The notes below the pieces were generated by a model. It saw nothing but the letters and a program-made list of their open reading frames with translations. It did not search any database and had not been told where the DNA came from. Shown here one piece after another: positions 54,099 through 62,278 of a stretch of 64,000 nucleotides of DNA; the stretch's first letter is position 1; each line of letters starts with the position of its first letter. The stretch lies in the NCBI GenBank assembly GCA_045634065.1, contig JAZQZO010000030.1, positions 3,808 to 67,807 on the forward strand. The letters run 5' to 3'. The DNA is from Acutalibacteraceae bacterium (GTDB lineage: Bacteria > Bacillota > Clostridia > Oscillospirales > Acutalibacteraceae). The translations under genes were made by a program, and so were the position numbers.

Positions 54099-54402
54099 AA
54101 AAAGACTTATAGATGCCTATGATTTAGCGGAAACCATTGAAAATATGAGAATTACCGTAGCAGGTAAACCTGCAAGATGGGATGATGCAAAAGTTTCCGT
54201 TCTGAGGGAAATCGCACAAGCTCCCGACATTGATGCTGAAGAGGTTACCCACTGTGAGAAGTGCAAGAATTATATCAGCAGAGAAGAACGTTGTACCGAA
54301 GGTCAACCCGAAGGTTATGGCTATTGCAGAGAACAAAACGATTATTTTAAACCGACTTTTTATTGCGGTTACGGTGAGCCGAAAGGAGATGTTGAAAAAT
54401 GA
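54091..54402 (+). CDS. Hypothetical Cys-rich protein (same paralog family)
   Basis: MAKKRLIDAYDL...THCEKCKNY...YCGYGE. Confidence 0.55.
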   Translation: MAKKRLIDAYDLAETIENMRITVAGKPARWDDAKVSVLREIAQAPDIDAEEVTHCEKCKNYISREERCTEGQPEGYGYCREQNDYFKPTFYCGYGEPKGDVEK

Positions 54403-54539
54403 AAAAATATGAGATTACGGCATACATAGATGGAGTTAAGAAAACAAGAATTGTTGAAGCAGAAAACGAAAAAGCAGCAAAGGAAATCGGTTGGGAATTG
54501 TTCGATGCAGACGATATATATGTAAGTGAGGTGGAGTAG
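54399..54539 (+). CDS. Hypothetical 46-aa protein
   Basis: MKKYEITAYIDGVKKTRIVEAENEKAAKEIGWELF... with ATGA overlap. Confidence 0.4.
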   Translation: MKKYEITAYIDGVKKTRIVEAENEKAAKEIGWELFDADDIYVSEVE

Positions 54540-54986
54540 ATGAAAGATAACGAATTTAATAAGGCTTTGGTGTGTTGCATCAATACATTGACTATCAGAG
54601 AAAGGTTAATTGATTTATTTAAGAAAATCGAATACACGGCGTTTCCCGAACTGACAATGAAAGCAAATTTAGCAAATCAGTTTACCGACTATGCTTTGAA
54701 TAGCATTGTTGATGAAATGATTAAAAACGGCGTTATCGCACCGCCTTGCAATGTAGGCGACACCGTTTACCCCAAGAGCGCAGACCGCCGTTTTCGGGCG
54801 TTTGTCGAAAAAATAGAGATAACAACAGACGGATTGTGCTTTTGGTGGGTGCAGTATGATGTTGGCGTTGATTGCACCGAATGTTGGGATGAGGGTTGTT
54901 TCTCCATTGCAGAAATAGGAAAAACGGTTTTTCTTACAGAAGCGGAATATGAAATAGCATTGAAAGGTGGTGCAGACAATGGCTAA
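54540..54986 (+). CDS. Hypothetical protein
   Basis: 148-aa ORF. It ends ...ALKGGADNG with the embedded next RBS. Confidence 0.5.
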   Translation: MKDNEFNKALVCCINTLTIRERLIDLFKKIEYTAFPELTMKANLANQFTDYALNSIVDEMIKNGVIAPPCNVGDTVYPKSADRRFRAFVEKIEITTDGLCFWWVQYDVGVDCTECWDEGCFSIAEIGKTVFLTEAEYEIALKGGADNG

Positions 54987-55275
54987 ACCGATAGACAAAA
55001 GAGAAAGAATTTTAATAGCAATTACACCTATTTGTGAGGTTTTCGGCATTGTTGATTATGACTATCTCATTGATGCAACAGGGAAAGAGCGGTTAAAACT
55101 CAATGATACATATATCGGTTGTAGTGGCAATTCTGTATCTGCTGTTATTGACGAACTGATAGGCTATATAATCATCACGAGGTACTGTAGAAACCGTTCT
55201 TTAGGTACTTTTGATAAACAGACAAAGAATTATATAAAACGCTATTGGTTGAAAGAAGGTGCTGAGAATGGCTAA
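54979..55275 (+). CDS. Hypothetical protein
   Basis: MAKPIDKRERIL... It ends ...LKEGAENG. Confidence 0.5.
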   Translation: MAKPIDKRERILIAITPICEVFGIVDYDYLIDATGKERLKLNDTYIGCSGNSVSAVIDELIGYIIITRYCRNRSLGTFDKQTKNYIKRYWLKEGAENG

Positions 55276-55426
55276 GTTTATAGATTGGGAAATGAAATGC
55301 CCTGAATGTGGCTTTGAGTGCTCTATTGGCTTCCCTGTTGATACACCAGAAGAAGAAAAGGAAGGACTCCGTTCTTGCCCTTGCGGTTGCGAGGAAATGG
55401 AAATCATAAAAGAAAGAAGGTGTTGA
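55268..55426 (+). CDS. Small zinc-ribbon protein (52 aa)
   Basis: MAKFIDWEMKCPECGFEC...CPCGC. ATG follows GAAGGTGCTGAGA. Confidence 0.45.
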   Translation: MAKFIDWEMKCPECGFECSIGFPVDTPEEEKEGLRSCPCGCEEMEIIKERRC

Positions 55427-55429
55427 GAA

Positions 55430-55705
55430 ATGACAAGCATAATTACTCGTTGCGGTGGCGACGAATATAACATTCAGTTTAAAACGGACAACCCAAAAGC
55501 ATATGAAACCGTTCAGGAAATTTGCCGCTTATACATAGATAAGGAAAAGCAGGCACCCAAAAAGGTTAAATTTATTGACGGTGGTGATGAATTGCTTTGC
55601 CCTTGTTGTAATTATGACCTTATGGGAAGTACAAACGAACCCGACCACGACCCGCCGTATTGCCCCGAATGCGGTCAGGCTTTAGATTGGAGTGATGCAG
55701 AATGA
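55430..55705 (+). CDS. Small zinc-ribbon protein
   Basis: CPCCNYD...YCPECGQALDW. Its C-terminus is a paralog of the fragment at 1..126. Confidence 0.5.
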   Translation: MTSIITRCGGDEYNIQFKTDNPKAYETVQEICRLYIDKEKQAPKKVKFIDGGDELLCPCCNYDLMGSTNEPDHDPPYCPECGQALDWSDAE

Positions 55706-55998
55706 TGATGGCTTTAAAACCGAATGACGGAACACAGGCAATAGGCAGAAAAACAGGTTTCGACAAAATCTGTATAGGTGAAGCTGTATTAAACGAAGAG
55801 CCTGTAAAAGAGTTTTTAGAGAGGATGAAAGCACAGGGTTATAACGTAAATACAACCGAATACGGTGTAGAAATAACCGGCGACAACTTAGATGTGGATG
55901 CAGATGCACATTTAGCCGAGCTTGTAAAACACTTTACACCCGTTGATGAACATACGAAACAATTCATATTTGAAAAATACGGTGTAGAGGTGATATAA
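55702..55998 (+). CDS. Hypothetical protein
   Basis: 98-aa ORF with ATGA overlap. Confidence 0.5.
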   Translation: MMMALKPNDGTQAIGRKTGFDKICIGEAVLNEEPVKEFLERMKAQGYNVNTTEYGVEITGDNLDVDADAHLAELVKHFTPVDEHTKQFIFEKYGVEVI

Positions 55999-55999
55999 G

Positions 56000-56161
56000 A
56001 TGACACTTGAAGAAGCAATTCAAATGCTTGAAGCTGAATACGAGTTGGCAAAGCAAAAGAAATGGATTATCAATCCGCTTGCCTATGCTCTGCATCAGGT
56101 GTGGAAAAGGGCAGATAAAAAGAGAGGCAGACCGAGGAAGGAGAGTGAAACCAATGGGTGA
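56000..56161 (+). CDS. Hypothetical 53-aa protein
   Basis: MTLEEAIQMLEAEYELAKQKKWIINPLAYALHQVWKRADKKRGRPRK... RBS GAGGTGATATAAGATG. Confidence 0.45.
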   Translation: MTLEEAIQMLEAEYELAKQKKWIINPLAYALHQVWKRADKKRGRPRKESETNG

Positions 56162-56456
56162 TATGAGAACGTTCTTTGAGCCTTACAAAGAATCGCACAA
56201 ACAAAGGGTCGCCAAAACTCCGCAGAGGCTTGAATATGCAGTTAAATTGTTAAAAGAAAACGGCATAGATTTCAGGGTGTGCAACGAAGCAACAGGACAG
56301 ATTAACTGTTTTGTTGCATATGGTAAAGTCCTCACCTTTTATGCAGGAACAGGCAAGATACAAGGTTATAAAGACCGGCGTGGAATACATTGCTTTGTAA
56401 ATATGTGCAAATCTTACCAAAAATTCGAAAGAAGGGTGAGAACTGATGAAAGATGA
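56154..56456 (+). CDS. Hypothetical protein
   Basis: ORF 56007..56456. ATG 56154 (MGDMRTFFEPYK) follows GGAGAGTGAAACCA. Confidence 0.5.
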   Translation: MGDMRTFFEPYKESHKQRVAKTPQRLEYAVKLLKENGIDFRVCNEATGQINCFVAYGKVLTFYAGTGKIQGYKDRRGIHCFVNMCKSYQKFERRVRTDER

Positions 56457-56599
56457 TAACTCAGATTTCTTGCTTTCTATAATTGCATTAATCGCACTTT
56501 TCGCTTATATGATATTAATTACTACTTAGGACCTCCCGGATTGGTTAAAGGATTGGTTAAAGTATATCTTATTAAAATAAAAAAAGGAGTGAAAAACCA

Positions 56600-56791
56600 A
56601 TGGTTGAGATATTCAGCAATTTTACAACAACGCTCGTTGTGGTCGGTCTGATCCTCGCACTCGGCATCATTTTCGAGAAGCAGCTCATCGCCCTGGAAGA
56701 CAAGTTCGATGAATGGGTGAGTGAAAAGAAAAGTCAGAGGAAGGAGCGCAGAAATGAAAGAACGAATTTATCAAGTCACTGTTACCGTTAA
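56600..56791 (+). CDS. Small membrane protein
   Basis: TM segment TTTLVVVGLILALGIIF. RBS AAAGGAGTGAAAAACCA. Confidence 0.45.
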   Translation: MVEIFSNFTTTLVVVGLILALGIIFEKQLIALEDKFDEWVSEKKSQRKERRNERTNLSSHCYR

Positions 56792-56960
56792 CGGAGTTCC
56801 AAAAGGCATGAAGCGTATGCTTTACTTCGTGGTGGCAGCGGATGAAAAACACGCCAAGACGGTTGCAATGGAAAAGTTCGAGCAGACGAAGGCAAAGAAC
56901 CGTGAAATGTTCAAAAATGCCACTGCCGAGATAAAATCGGAAGACGTTAAGCTGTGGTGA
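56754..56960 (+). CDS. Hypothetical small protein
   Basis: MKERIYQVTVTVNGVPKG... ATG follows GGAAGGAGCGCAGAA. Confidence 0.45.
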   Translation: MKERIYQVTVTVNGVPKGMKRMLYFVVAADEKHAKTVAMEKFEQTKAKNREMFKNATAEIKSEDVKLW

Positions 56961-57103
56961 CGAACTATATAATAGAAGAAACTCGTTCTAACCGTAAAAA
57001 ACTGCTCCCCAAACAACCCAATGCTCACAGCCTCCTCCATTGCATTAAAGATTTGCCTGTGGATAACGTGAAAAGGGTTAGCAAGGGATTAATTAACTGA
57101 CAA

Positions 57104-57131
57104 TTCAGAACACAAAAAAAAGAACCGTAAA
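57104..57131 (-). terminator. Intrinsic terminator of the minus-strand orphan gene
   Basis: On the minus strand: CCGTAA-tttat-TTACGG, then TTCTTTTTTTT. Confidence 0.6.
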
Positions 57132-57144
57132 TAAATTACGGCAC

Positions 57145-57444
57145 TCAGTGAACAACGTGGACAGAGCCGTCCTGCATAATCTGCACCGGCTGATAGCTTG
57201 AGATGTAATCAAGCCCGGTTACAGCTTCTCCTCTACTGAACTGAAGCTGACCGATTTTGTATTGCTCCCAATCAACCACCACAGCGTGGAAGTAACACTG
57301 CTGTCCATTAATATCCTCAATATCCTGCAGAATGAAATCCGATCCGAACCGCTCCGAGAAGTACATCCTTGCTTCTTCATAGGAAATGAACTTCGGGAAG
57401 TGACTTTCATCCTCACGGGAAATAGGAAACTTCATATCAAACAA
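57145..57444 (-). CDS. Orphan minus-strand protein of unknown function (99 aa)
   Basis: Apart from the integrase, it is the only convincing minus-strand gene. RBS GGAGAGGGG, extended -10 TGATATAAT (57460-57468 on the minus strand) and its own terminator. Confidence 0.65.
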   Translation of the reverse strand: MFDMKFPISREDESHFPKFISYEEARMYFSERFGSDFILQDIEDINGQQCYFHAVVVDWEQYKIGQLQFSRGEAVTGLDYISSYQPVQIMQDGSVHVVH

Positions 57445-57493
57445 CCCCTCTCCACAGAAATTATATCATTACCAACAGAAAGAAGTGAAACCA

Positions 57494-57865
57494 ATGGCCA
57501 AAGATTATATCCCTAATCTTGATGCTCGAGTACGTGCTGAGATAAAAGCAAAGCAAATCCCTGTCAAAGAGCTGTGCTCGAGAACGGGTATGGGAAAGTC
57601 TACAATATACAACATTCTCAACGATTCATCCATCACAGCGGTCGGAGCTATCAAACTCGCTGATGCTCTCGGGGTTACAACCGACTATCTCCTTAAAGGC
57701 ACAACGAACCCGATGCCCTATATACCGCAATACGCCTGCTCACTGTTCAAATGTGTGGACCCTGAAAAGAGCGACAGTAAAAGATGCTGCTTCTACTGTC
57801 CGAACAAAGAAACCTGCTCAAATCCCTGCCTGAATAACCCAGGCAAATGCGGATTGTTTGTGTGA
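57494..57865 (+). CDS. XRE-family HTH regulator with a Cys-rich C-terminal domain
   Basis: IPVKELCSRTGMGKSTIYNILN...IKLADALGVTTDYLL (HTH_3-like). The C-terminal 42 aa contain 9 Cys. Confidence 0.75.
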   Translation: MAKDYIPNLDARVRAEIKAKQIPVKELCSRTGMGKSTIYNILNDSSITAVGAIKLADALGVTTDYLLKGTTNPMPYIPQYACSLFKCVDPEKSDSKRCCFYCPNKETCSNPCLNNPGKCGLFV

Positions 57866-57881
57866 AAGGAGTGTATTGCCT

Positions 57882-58154
57882 ATGAATGCAAAAGAGCGAA
57901 GAGAACTCCTTTGTGGAATAGCAGACAAGGTATATGCGTACCGAGCAAGCCACGGTATGCAAAGTCTGAAAAGGATAAACATATCCACGGCATTGTACAA
58001 GCTCATCGCAGGTTGCGATTACGATGAGAATGTCCGTAACAAGGGCGTTCGGCTGTTCAGTATCGAAGTATCGGTCTATGAAAGCGACAAACCTGAATAC
58101 TCGTTTACAAGCGAGGTATTTGAAATCAATACAGGAAAGAAGGAAGAATCATGA
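57882..58154 (+). CDS. Hypothetical protein
   Basis: ATG 57882 follows GAAAGGAGTGTATTGCCT. Confidence 0.5.
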   Translation: MNAKERRELLCGIADKVYAYRASHGMQSLKRINISTALYKLIAGCDYDENVRNKGVRLFSIEVSVYESDKPEYSFTSEVFEINTGKKEES

Positions 58155-58576
58155 AACAAAAAATCAAAAAAGTAATAACATTATTTCTTTTAGCCACATT
58201 ATGGATTGTTATAGTTGTCCTTTTAAATCTTGTTAAAATCGGCGGCGGTTCCATAACATACTTTTTGGCTATGGCTGTTTTCGGTTATACGTCAGGTCGA
58301 GGCATTGTGATATTAACCGAAAAGATTTTTGAAAAGCTCGAAAAACGAAAAGCGGCTCTTGCAAAAAAAGAAAAAACCCCTGTCGTTTCAAAAAATTACT
58401 ACTGCAAGAACTGTGGCGAGGATTTCACATACAACAATCCCACCGGCACGCCGAAATATTGCTCATATTGTAGTGGTGAACTTGCAGAATTAACAGAAGC
58501 CGGAAAGATATTGTCAGAGCTGTTCTATAGTGTAGAACACGAAAAAGCATTGAAGGAGAGTGAAAAAAATGGATAA
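58151..58576 (+). CDS. Membrane protein with a C-terminal zinc ribbon
   Basis: Two TM segments, then CKNCG...CSYCSG. Confidence 0.5.
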   Translation: MKQKIKKVITLFLLATLWIVIVVLLNLVKIGGGSITYFLAMAVFGYTSGRGIVILTEKIFEKLEKRKAALAKKEKTPVVSKNYYCKNCGEDFTYNNPTGTPKYCSYCSGELAELTEAGKILSELFYSVEHEKALKESEKNG

Positions 58577-58766
58577 CAACGCACCTGTAGTAGACACCGA
58601 ATACGAGGAGCTGTTCCTCTGTAAACCCTGTGCAGAAGAAATGAAGACTCTGAAGAGCGTTGAAGATGTAAAGTATGTGAAACCGTCAACCAAGAAAGGC
58701 ACCTGTGAACAGTGCAGGTGTCGCCGCTTCGGTTATATCTGCAACGTCAAATTTAAAGAATTTTAG
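58569..58766 (+). CDS. Small Cys-rich protein
   Basis: MDNNAPVV...CKPCAEE...CEQCRCRRFGYIC. Confidence 0.45.
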   Translation: MDNNAPVVDTEYEELFLCKPCAEEMKTLKSVEDVKYVKPSTKKGTCEQCRCRRFGYICNVKFKEF

Positions 58767-58785
58767 GAAGGAAGAAAAAAATCAA

Positions 58786-58953
58786 ATGAACCCTGTTGAA
58801 GACTTAAAAAAAGCCATTGAAGAAATAGAAAACAGTCCTCGACCGACGGCAGAAATGGAAAAAGAGAGCAATAAAAAGCACTTCGGTCTGTATATGACCA
58901 ATGACGAAGTCCTTGATTATTGGAGCAAACAGAGAGGTGAGAGTAATGTTTGA
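58786..58953 (+). CDS. Hypothetical 55-aa protein
   Basis: ATG 58786 follows GGAAGGAAGAAAAAAATCAA. Confidence 0.4.
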   Translation: MNPVEDLKKAIEEIENSPRPTAEMEKESNKKHFGLYMTNDEVLDYWSKQRGESNV

Positions 58954-59203
58954 CGAGAGTCTGAAAATTGAATGCAAAAGAGGACAATACAAAGTCGGCG
59001 ACACTATCAAAATCAACGATAGAGAATGGATTGTAACAGAAATTTGTTTCAACGGTATCACCGACACCGCTGTTTTTCGTACTCTTGCAGATGTTGTTTT
59101 ACATTCGAGCCACGTTATACTTGCAGATGATAATCGCCCTATACTACTTTCAGATTTGCTTTACAATATAATCGAGGAAGGCAGAAGGAGGCAATACCAA
59201 TGA
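58946..59203 (+). CDS. Hypothetical protein
   Basis: ATG 58946 follows AGAGGTGAGAGTA. Confidence 0.45.
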   Translation: MFDESLKIECKRGQYKVGDTIKINDREWIVTEICFNGITDTAVFRTLADVVLHSSHVILADDNRPILLSDLLYNIIEEGRRRQYQ

Positions 59204-59748
59204 AATGTATAGCTTCAAATAGAAAATTTGTCCGCCAACGCAGGCACGACCACGGAATGAAAGAAGCGGTGGAAAGAGTATCCCTATTCCTCGACTATGT
59301 CCTCTCAGACAAAAACCGCTATAAGAATGTCCGTATCCGTCAGATCCACAGCTCTATTGACCGTATCATTGAGCAAATCGAAAAAGGTGAAACCACCATT
59401 GCTGAACTTAACTTAATCCTTGAGAAACAGCACAACGCTAACATCGACCTCGAAAAAAGCCACACAAACAGACCCCTCGGATTATACAGCGACTACGTCA
59501 ACGGTGTCTACGCCGCTATGGACCAGGTCAACATCATTCTTCTTTATGTTTTCGTTCATCTGTACGGAATTGGAGAAGAGAAGGTCAACAAGATTATATC
59601 TGACCTTAACGATGCTGCCGCTTGCTTCAATCAAGGGTACATCACCGAAAATGACATCAGGCGAGCTTTACGAGATGAAGAAGGTCTTGAGGTTCGTAAT
59701 ATTAAGGAGGTAACAACCAATGGAAACAAAAACAGCAGCCATCGATAG
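59200..59748 (+). CDS. Hypothetical protein
   Basis: 182-aa ORF, RBS GAAGGAGGCAATACCAATG. Confidence 0.55.
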   Translation: MKCIASNRKFVRQRRHDHGMKEAVERVSLFLDYVLSDKNRYKNVRIRQIHSSIDRIIEQIEKGETTIAELNLILEKQHNANIDLEKSHTNRPLGLYSDYVNGVYAAMDQVNIILLYVFVHLYGIGEEKVNKIISDLNDAAACFNQGYITENDIRRALRDEEGLEVRNIKEVTTNGNKNSSHR

Positions 59749-60082
59749 GTTAAGTGCTCTCGGCAGTGTAATGGACACTACAGAAGCACAGTTACAAAAA
59801 CATGAAGAAGCTCTCAAAGGAGCCTCGCAAACGGCTTTGAAACAGAGTGAACTCTTAAAAAAACACGACAGCCTGATAAAGGTAGACCGTATCAACATCC
59901 AAAACTTAACAGACAGCGTTCATAGAGTAATAAAAGAATCGACCGAACGTTTTATAGAAACAGATTCGAGAGTGCAACAGCTCGAAAAAGAAAACAAGAT
60001 ACTTAAATACGCAGTAGGTGCTTCAGCTGTTTTTGACTTTGCTCTCCTGTTTGTATTTATGATTGTCACATCAGGTTATTAA
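59720..60082 (+). CDS. Coiled-coil protein with a C-terminal TM anchor
   Basis: 120 aa. The C-terminus is AVGASAVFDFALLFVFMIVTSGY. Confidence 0.5.
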   Translation: METKTAAIDRLSALGSVMDTTEAQLQKHEEALKGASQTALKQSELLKKHDSLIKVDRINIQNLTDSVHRVIKESTERFIETDSRVQQLEKENKILKYAVGASAVFDFALLFVFMIVTSGY

Positions 60083-60099
60083 GAAAGTGAGGTAAAACG

Positions 60100-60462
60100 A
60101 TGGAAATGCAAACACCCTTTTTATCTGAAGAAAATTCAGAATTCGCACTCTACCATAAAGACCCTAACCCTTGCGCTACGGCAATAAAAGAAATGCTGAG
60201 AGCTGTTATAAGCGATGATATAAAAATTACGATAAGTCGTGATGAAATCGTTTCAGGGACAGCAAAAATACACTTCGCAGGAAAAAACTACAGATTTACA
60301 CATCTGATTAATCATCTTGACCTCGGCTATCAACCCGGTTTGGAAGAACACGTATCCTTACTAATCATCCGTACACTGCAAGAAGTGATTGAAAAAGAAA
60401 GGAATTGGAATGAAGCCAATGATATGCCCCAAGTGCAACAAAGAAGCTCACAGCTTCGTTAA
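60100..60462 (+). CDS. Hypothetical protein
   Basis: 120-aa ORF, RBS AAGTGAGGTAAAACGATG. Its 3' end overlaps the next gene. Confidence 0.5.
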   Translation: MEMQTPFLSEENSEFALYHKDPNPCATAIKEMLRAVISDDIKITISRDEIVSGTAKIHFAGKNYRFTHLINHLDLGYQPGLEEHVSLLIIRTLQEVIEKERNWNEANDMPQVQQRSSQLR

Positions 60463-60586
60463 CTGCCCCATCAAAAATAAACCCGTATGTATGACCTGCT
60501 GTTGGAACTGCGACCATATGAAACGCAAAGACACATCGATACCCAAGTGTGATGCAAAACCACTTGAGGATATAGTGGAGGAATAA
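60410..60586 (+). CDS. Small Cys-rich protein
   Basis: MKPMICPKCNKEAHSFVNCP...CMTCCWNCDH. Confidence 0.45.
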   Translation: MKPMICPKCNKEAHSFVNCPIKNKPVCMTCCWNCDHMKRKDTSIPKCDAKPLEDIVEE

Positions 60587-60590
60587 ATCT

Positions 60591-60824
60591 ATGAAATACA
60601 AACCCATATATAAATGCCCTTTGTGCAATCAGCTTATCCAATACGGAAACGCCGTAGAAATCCCTTATGATGAACTTCCGGCAGTTCTTGCAAAATTCGT
60701 TAGAAATCAACAGTTTGCAGGACACCCCATTCTTCATCAAGCGCCGATGCATATTCCCCATAATTGCAAAAACGGTGGAGCGGGACTTGCTTCTTTTGCA
60801 GGCTTGCTCCCGGAAAAGGATTAA
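60591..60824 (+). CDS. Hypothetical small protein
   Basis: 77 aa, with CPLCNQ near the N-terminus. Confidence 0.45.
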   Translation: MKYKPIYKCPLCNQLIQYGNAVEIPYDELPAVLAKFVRNQQFAGHPILHQAPMHIPHNCKNGGAGLASFAGLLPEKD

Positions 60825-60826
60825 CG

Positions 60827-61084
60827 ATGAAATGCAAAGAAAACAACCCCAGGCTGAGGATTTTGCTTGTCGAAAAAGCATTGCTCGAAAACCCTGAAGG
60901 CTTATCAATGGCACAAATATTGTGCTACCTGCATCTCCACTTCATTAAAGTGGAGAGAAAGGCGGTGTACACCGACCTGCAGGCCCTCAATTACCTGTAC
61001 GATGTGCAATACTCAAAAAAGCAAAACCGCTTTATACTTAAAAGATTACAAAACGATACGTTTAAGGATATTCCCTCAAACTAA
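60827..61084 (+). CDS. Small winged-helix (HTH_11/DeoR-N-like) protein
   Basis: RLRILLVEKALLENPEGLSMAQILCYL...VERKAVYTDLQAL. ATG 60827. Confidence 0.5.
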   Translation: MKCKENNPRLRILLVEKALLENPEGLSMAQILCYLHLHFIKVERKAVYTDLQALNYLYDVQYSKKQNRFILKRLQNDTFKDIPSN

Positions 61085-61114
61085 CCCATTATCTGTAAAA
61101 TTTCCACCTTTCTG

Positions 61115-61143
61115 TTGAAATTCCGATAAAAATACAGTAAAAT
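61115..61143 (+). promoter_or_regulatory. Promoter of the par operon
   Basis: TTGAAA, 17 nt, TAAAAT. Confidence 0.5.
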
Positions 61144-61182
61144 AACAGCAAGTAAACAGAATGGAAAGACAGGAGTGGGGAC

Positions 61183-61962
61183 ATGATAAAAGTTATGGTT
61201 GGTATACAGAAAGGCGGCGTGGGTAAGTCAACGACTACATCCATCTTGGCCGAGATACTCGCCGCTTCTGATTATAAGGTGCTTGTAATTGACCTTGATA
61301 GTCAAGGCAACGCTACTCAGATGTTGACACAGCAGAATATCTATGAGTTCACCGACAGAACGATTCTTGAGGCAATGAAAGAGCTTGACCCGAACCCTTA
61401 TATCTATAGGGTTAAGGAGAACCTGCACATCATTCCTGCAGAGGATATGCTGTCAACGTTCAGCAGATGGGTATATGTAAATAGTCGCACGACAACACCG
61501 TCAGAAATTCTGAAACAGACGGTCGACAATCTTAATGAAGATTATGACTTTGTATTGATGGACTGTCCACCGAACCTCGGCGACCTTGTTATCAATGCAA
61601 CTCAGTGTGCAGATTACATTCTGATCCCCGTGCAGCCTGAACCTTTTGCAATGGATGCGCTCGACCGCTTCATTGATTTAATTAACGGAGCAAAAGAAGA
61701 GGGCTACACCCGGGCGAAAATTCTCGGCATTGTATGCACAATGATAGATGCCCGTAGCTCAACGCAGAAAGCCATTGTGAACGCAATCCGTGACAAGTAC
61801 GGTAAGTATGTGCTTAATTCAGAAGTCCGCCTGAGAGCCAAAATCAAGGACTTCACACTGCTCGGCGTACAGATGGAAAAGAAAGCCGATGCAGAGGCAC
61901 TTGAAGATTATATCAACGTAACAGAGGAGATGATTAACCGTGTCAAAGAACAAAATCACTGA
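61183..61962 (+). CDS. parA: ParA/Soj-type partition ATPase (short, type Ib-like)
   Basis: Deviant Walker A: GIQKGGVGKSTTTSILA. LVIDLDSQGNAT and DFVLMDCPPNL motifs. Confidence 0.85.
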   Translation: MIKVMVGIQKGGVGKSTTTSILAEILAASDYKVLVIDLDSQGNATQMLTQQNIYEFTDRTILEAMKELDPNPYIYRVKENLHIIPAEDMLSTFSRWVYVNSRTTTPSEILKQTVDNLNEDYDFVLMDCPPNLGDLVINATQCADYILIPVQPEPFAMDALDRFIDLINGAKEEGYTRAKILGIVCTMIDARSSTQKAIVNAIRDKYGKYVLNSEVRLRAKIKDFTLLGVQMEKKADAEALEDYINVTEEMINRVKEQNH

Positions 61963-62278
61963 CCAACTGAACCGCCTACAGCAGCAGAAGGGGCAACTCC
62001 CTCATCCGAGCGAGAAGGCGGAGCTTGTAAACAAAATTATGAACCAGGAGGAAGAAACGGTCGATATGAAAGCTATTGCAGAAGCTCTGCAGGAGCAGAA
62101 CAAAGAAAAGGCTCCCGGACTCAATGAAGGGTACACCAAAGACACTCTCTATATCGAGGATGATATTTATAAAGCATTCAACGCTTTATGTGTAAACCGT
62201 GGCGACAAAAAGAAGTTCGTGAATGAAGCTCTGAAAGACTTTGTTTTAAAGAAATACAAGGAACTTAGCAAAAAGTAA
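61940..62278 (+). CDS. Putative ribbon-helix-helix centromere-binding partner
   Basis: GTG start overlaps the parA 3' end. The C-terminus KDTLYIEDDIYKAFNALCVNRGDKKKFVNEALKDFVLKK fits a beta-alpha-alpha (RHH) pattern. Confidence 0.5.
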   Translation: MSKNKITDQLNRLQQQKGQLPHPSEKAELVNKIMNQEEETVDMKAIAEALQEQNKEKAPGLNEGYTKDTLYIEDDIYKAFNALCVNRGDKKKFVNEALKDFVLKKYKELSKK

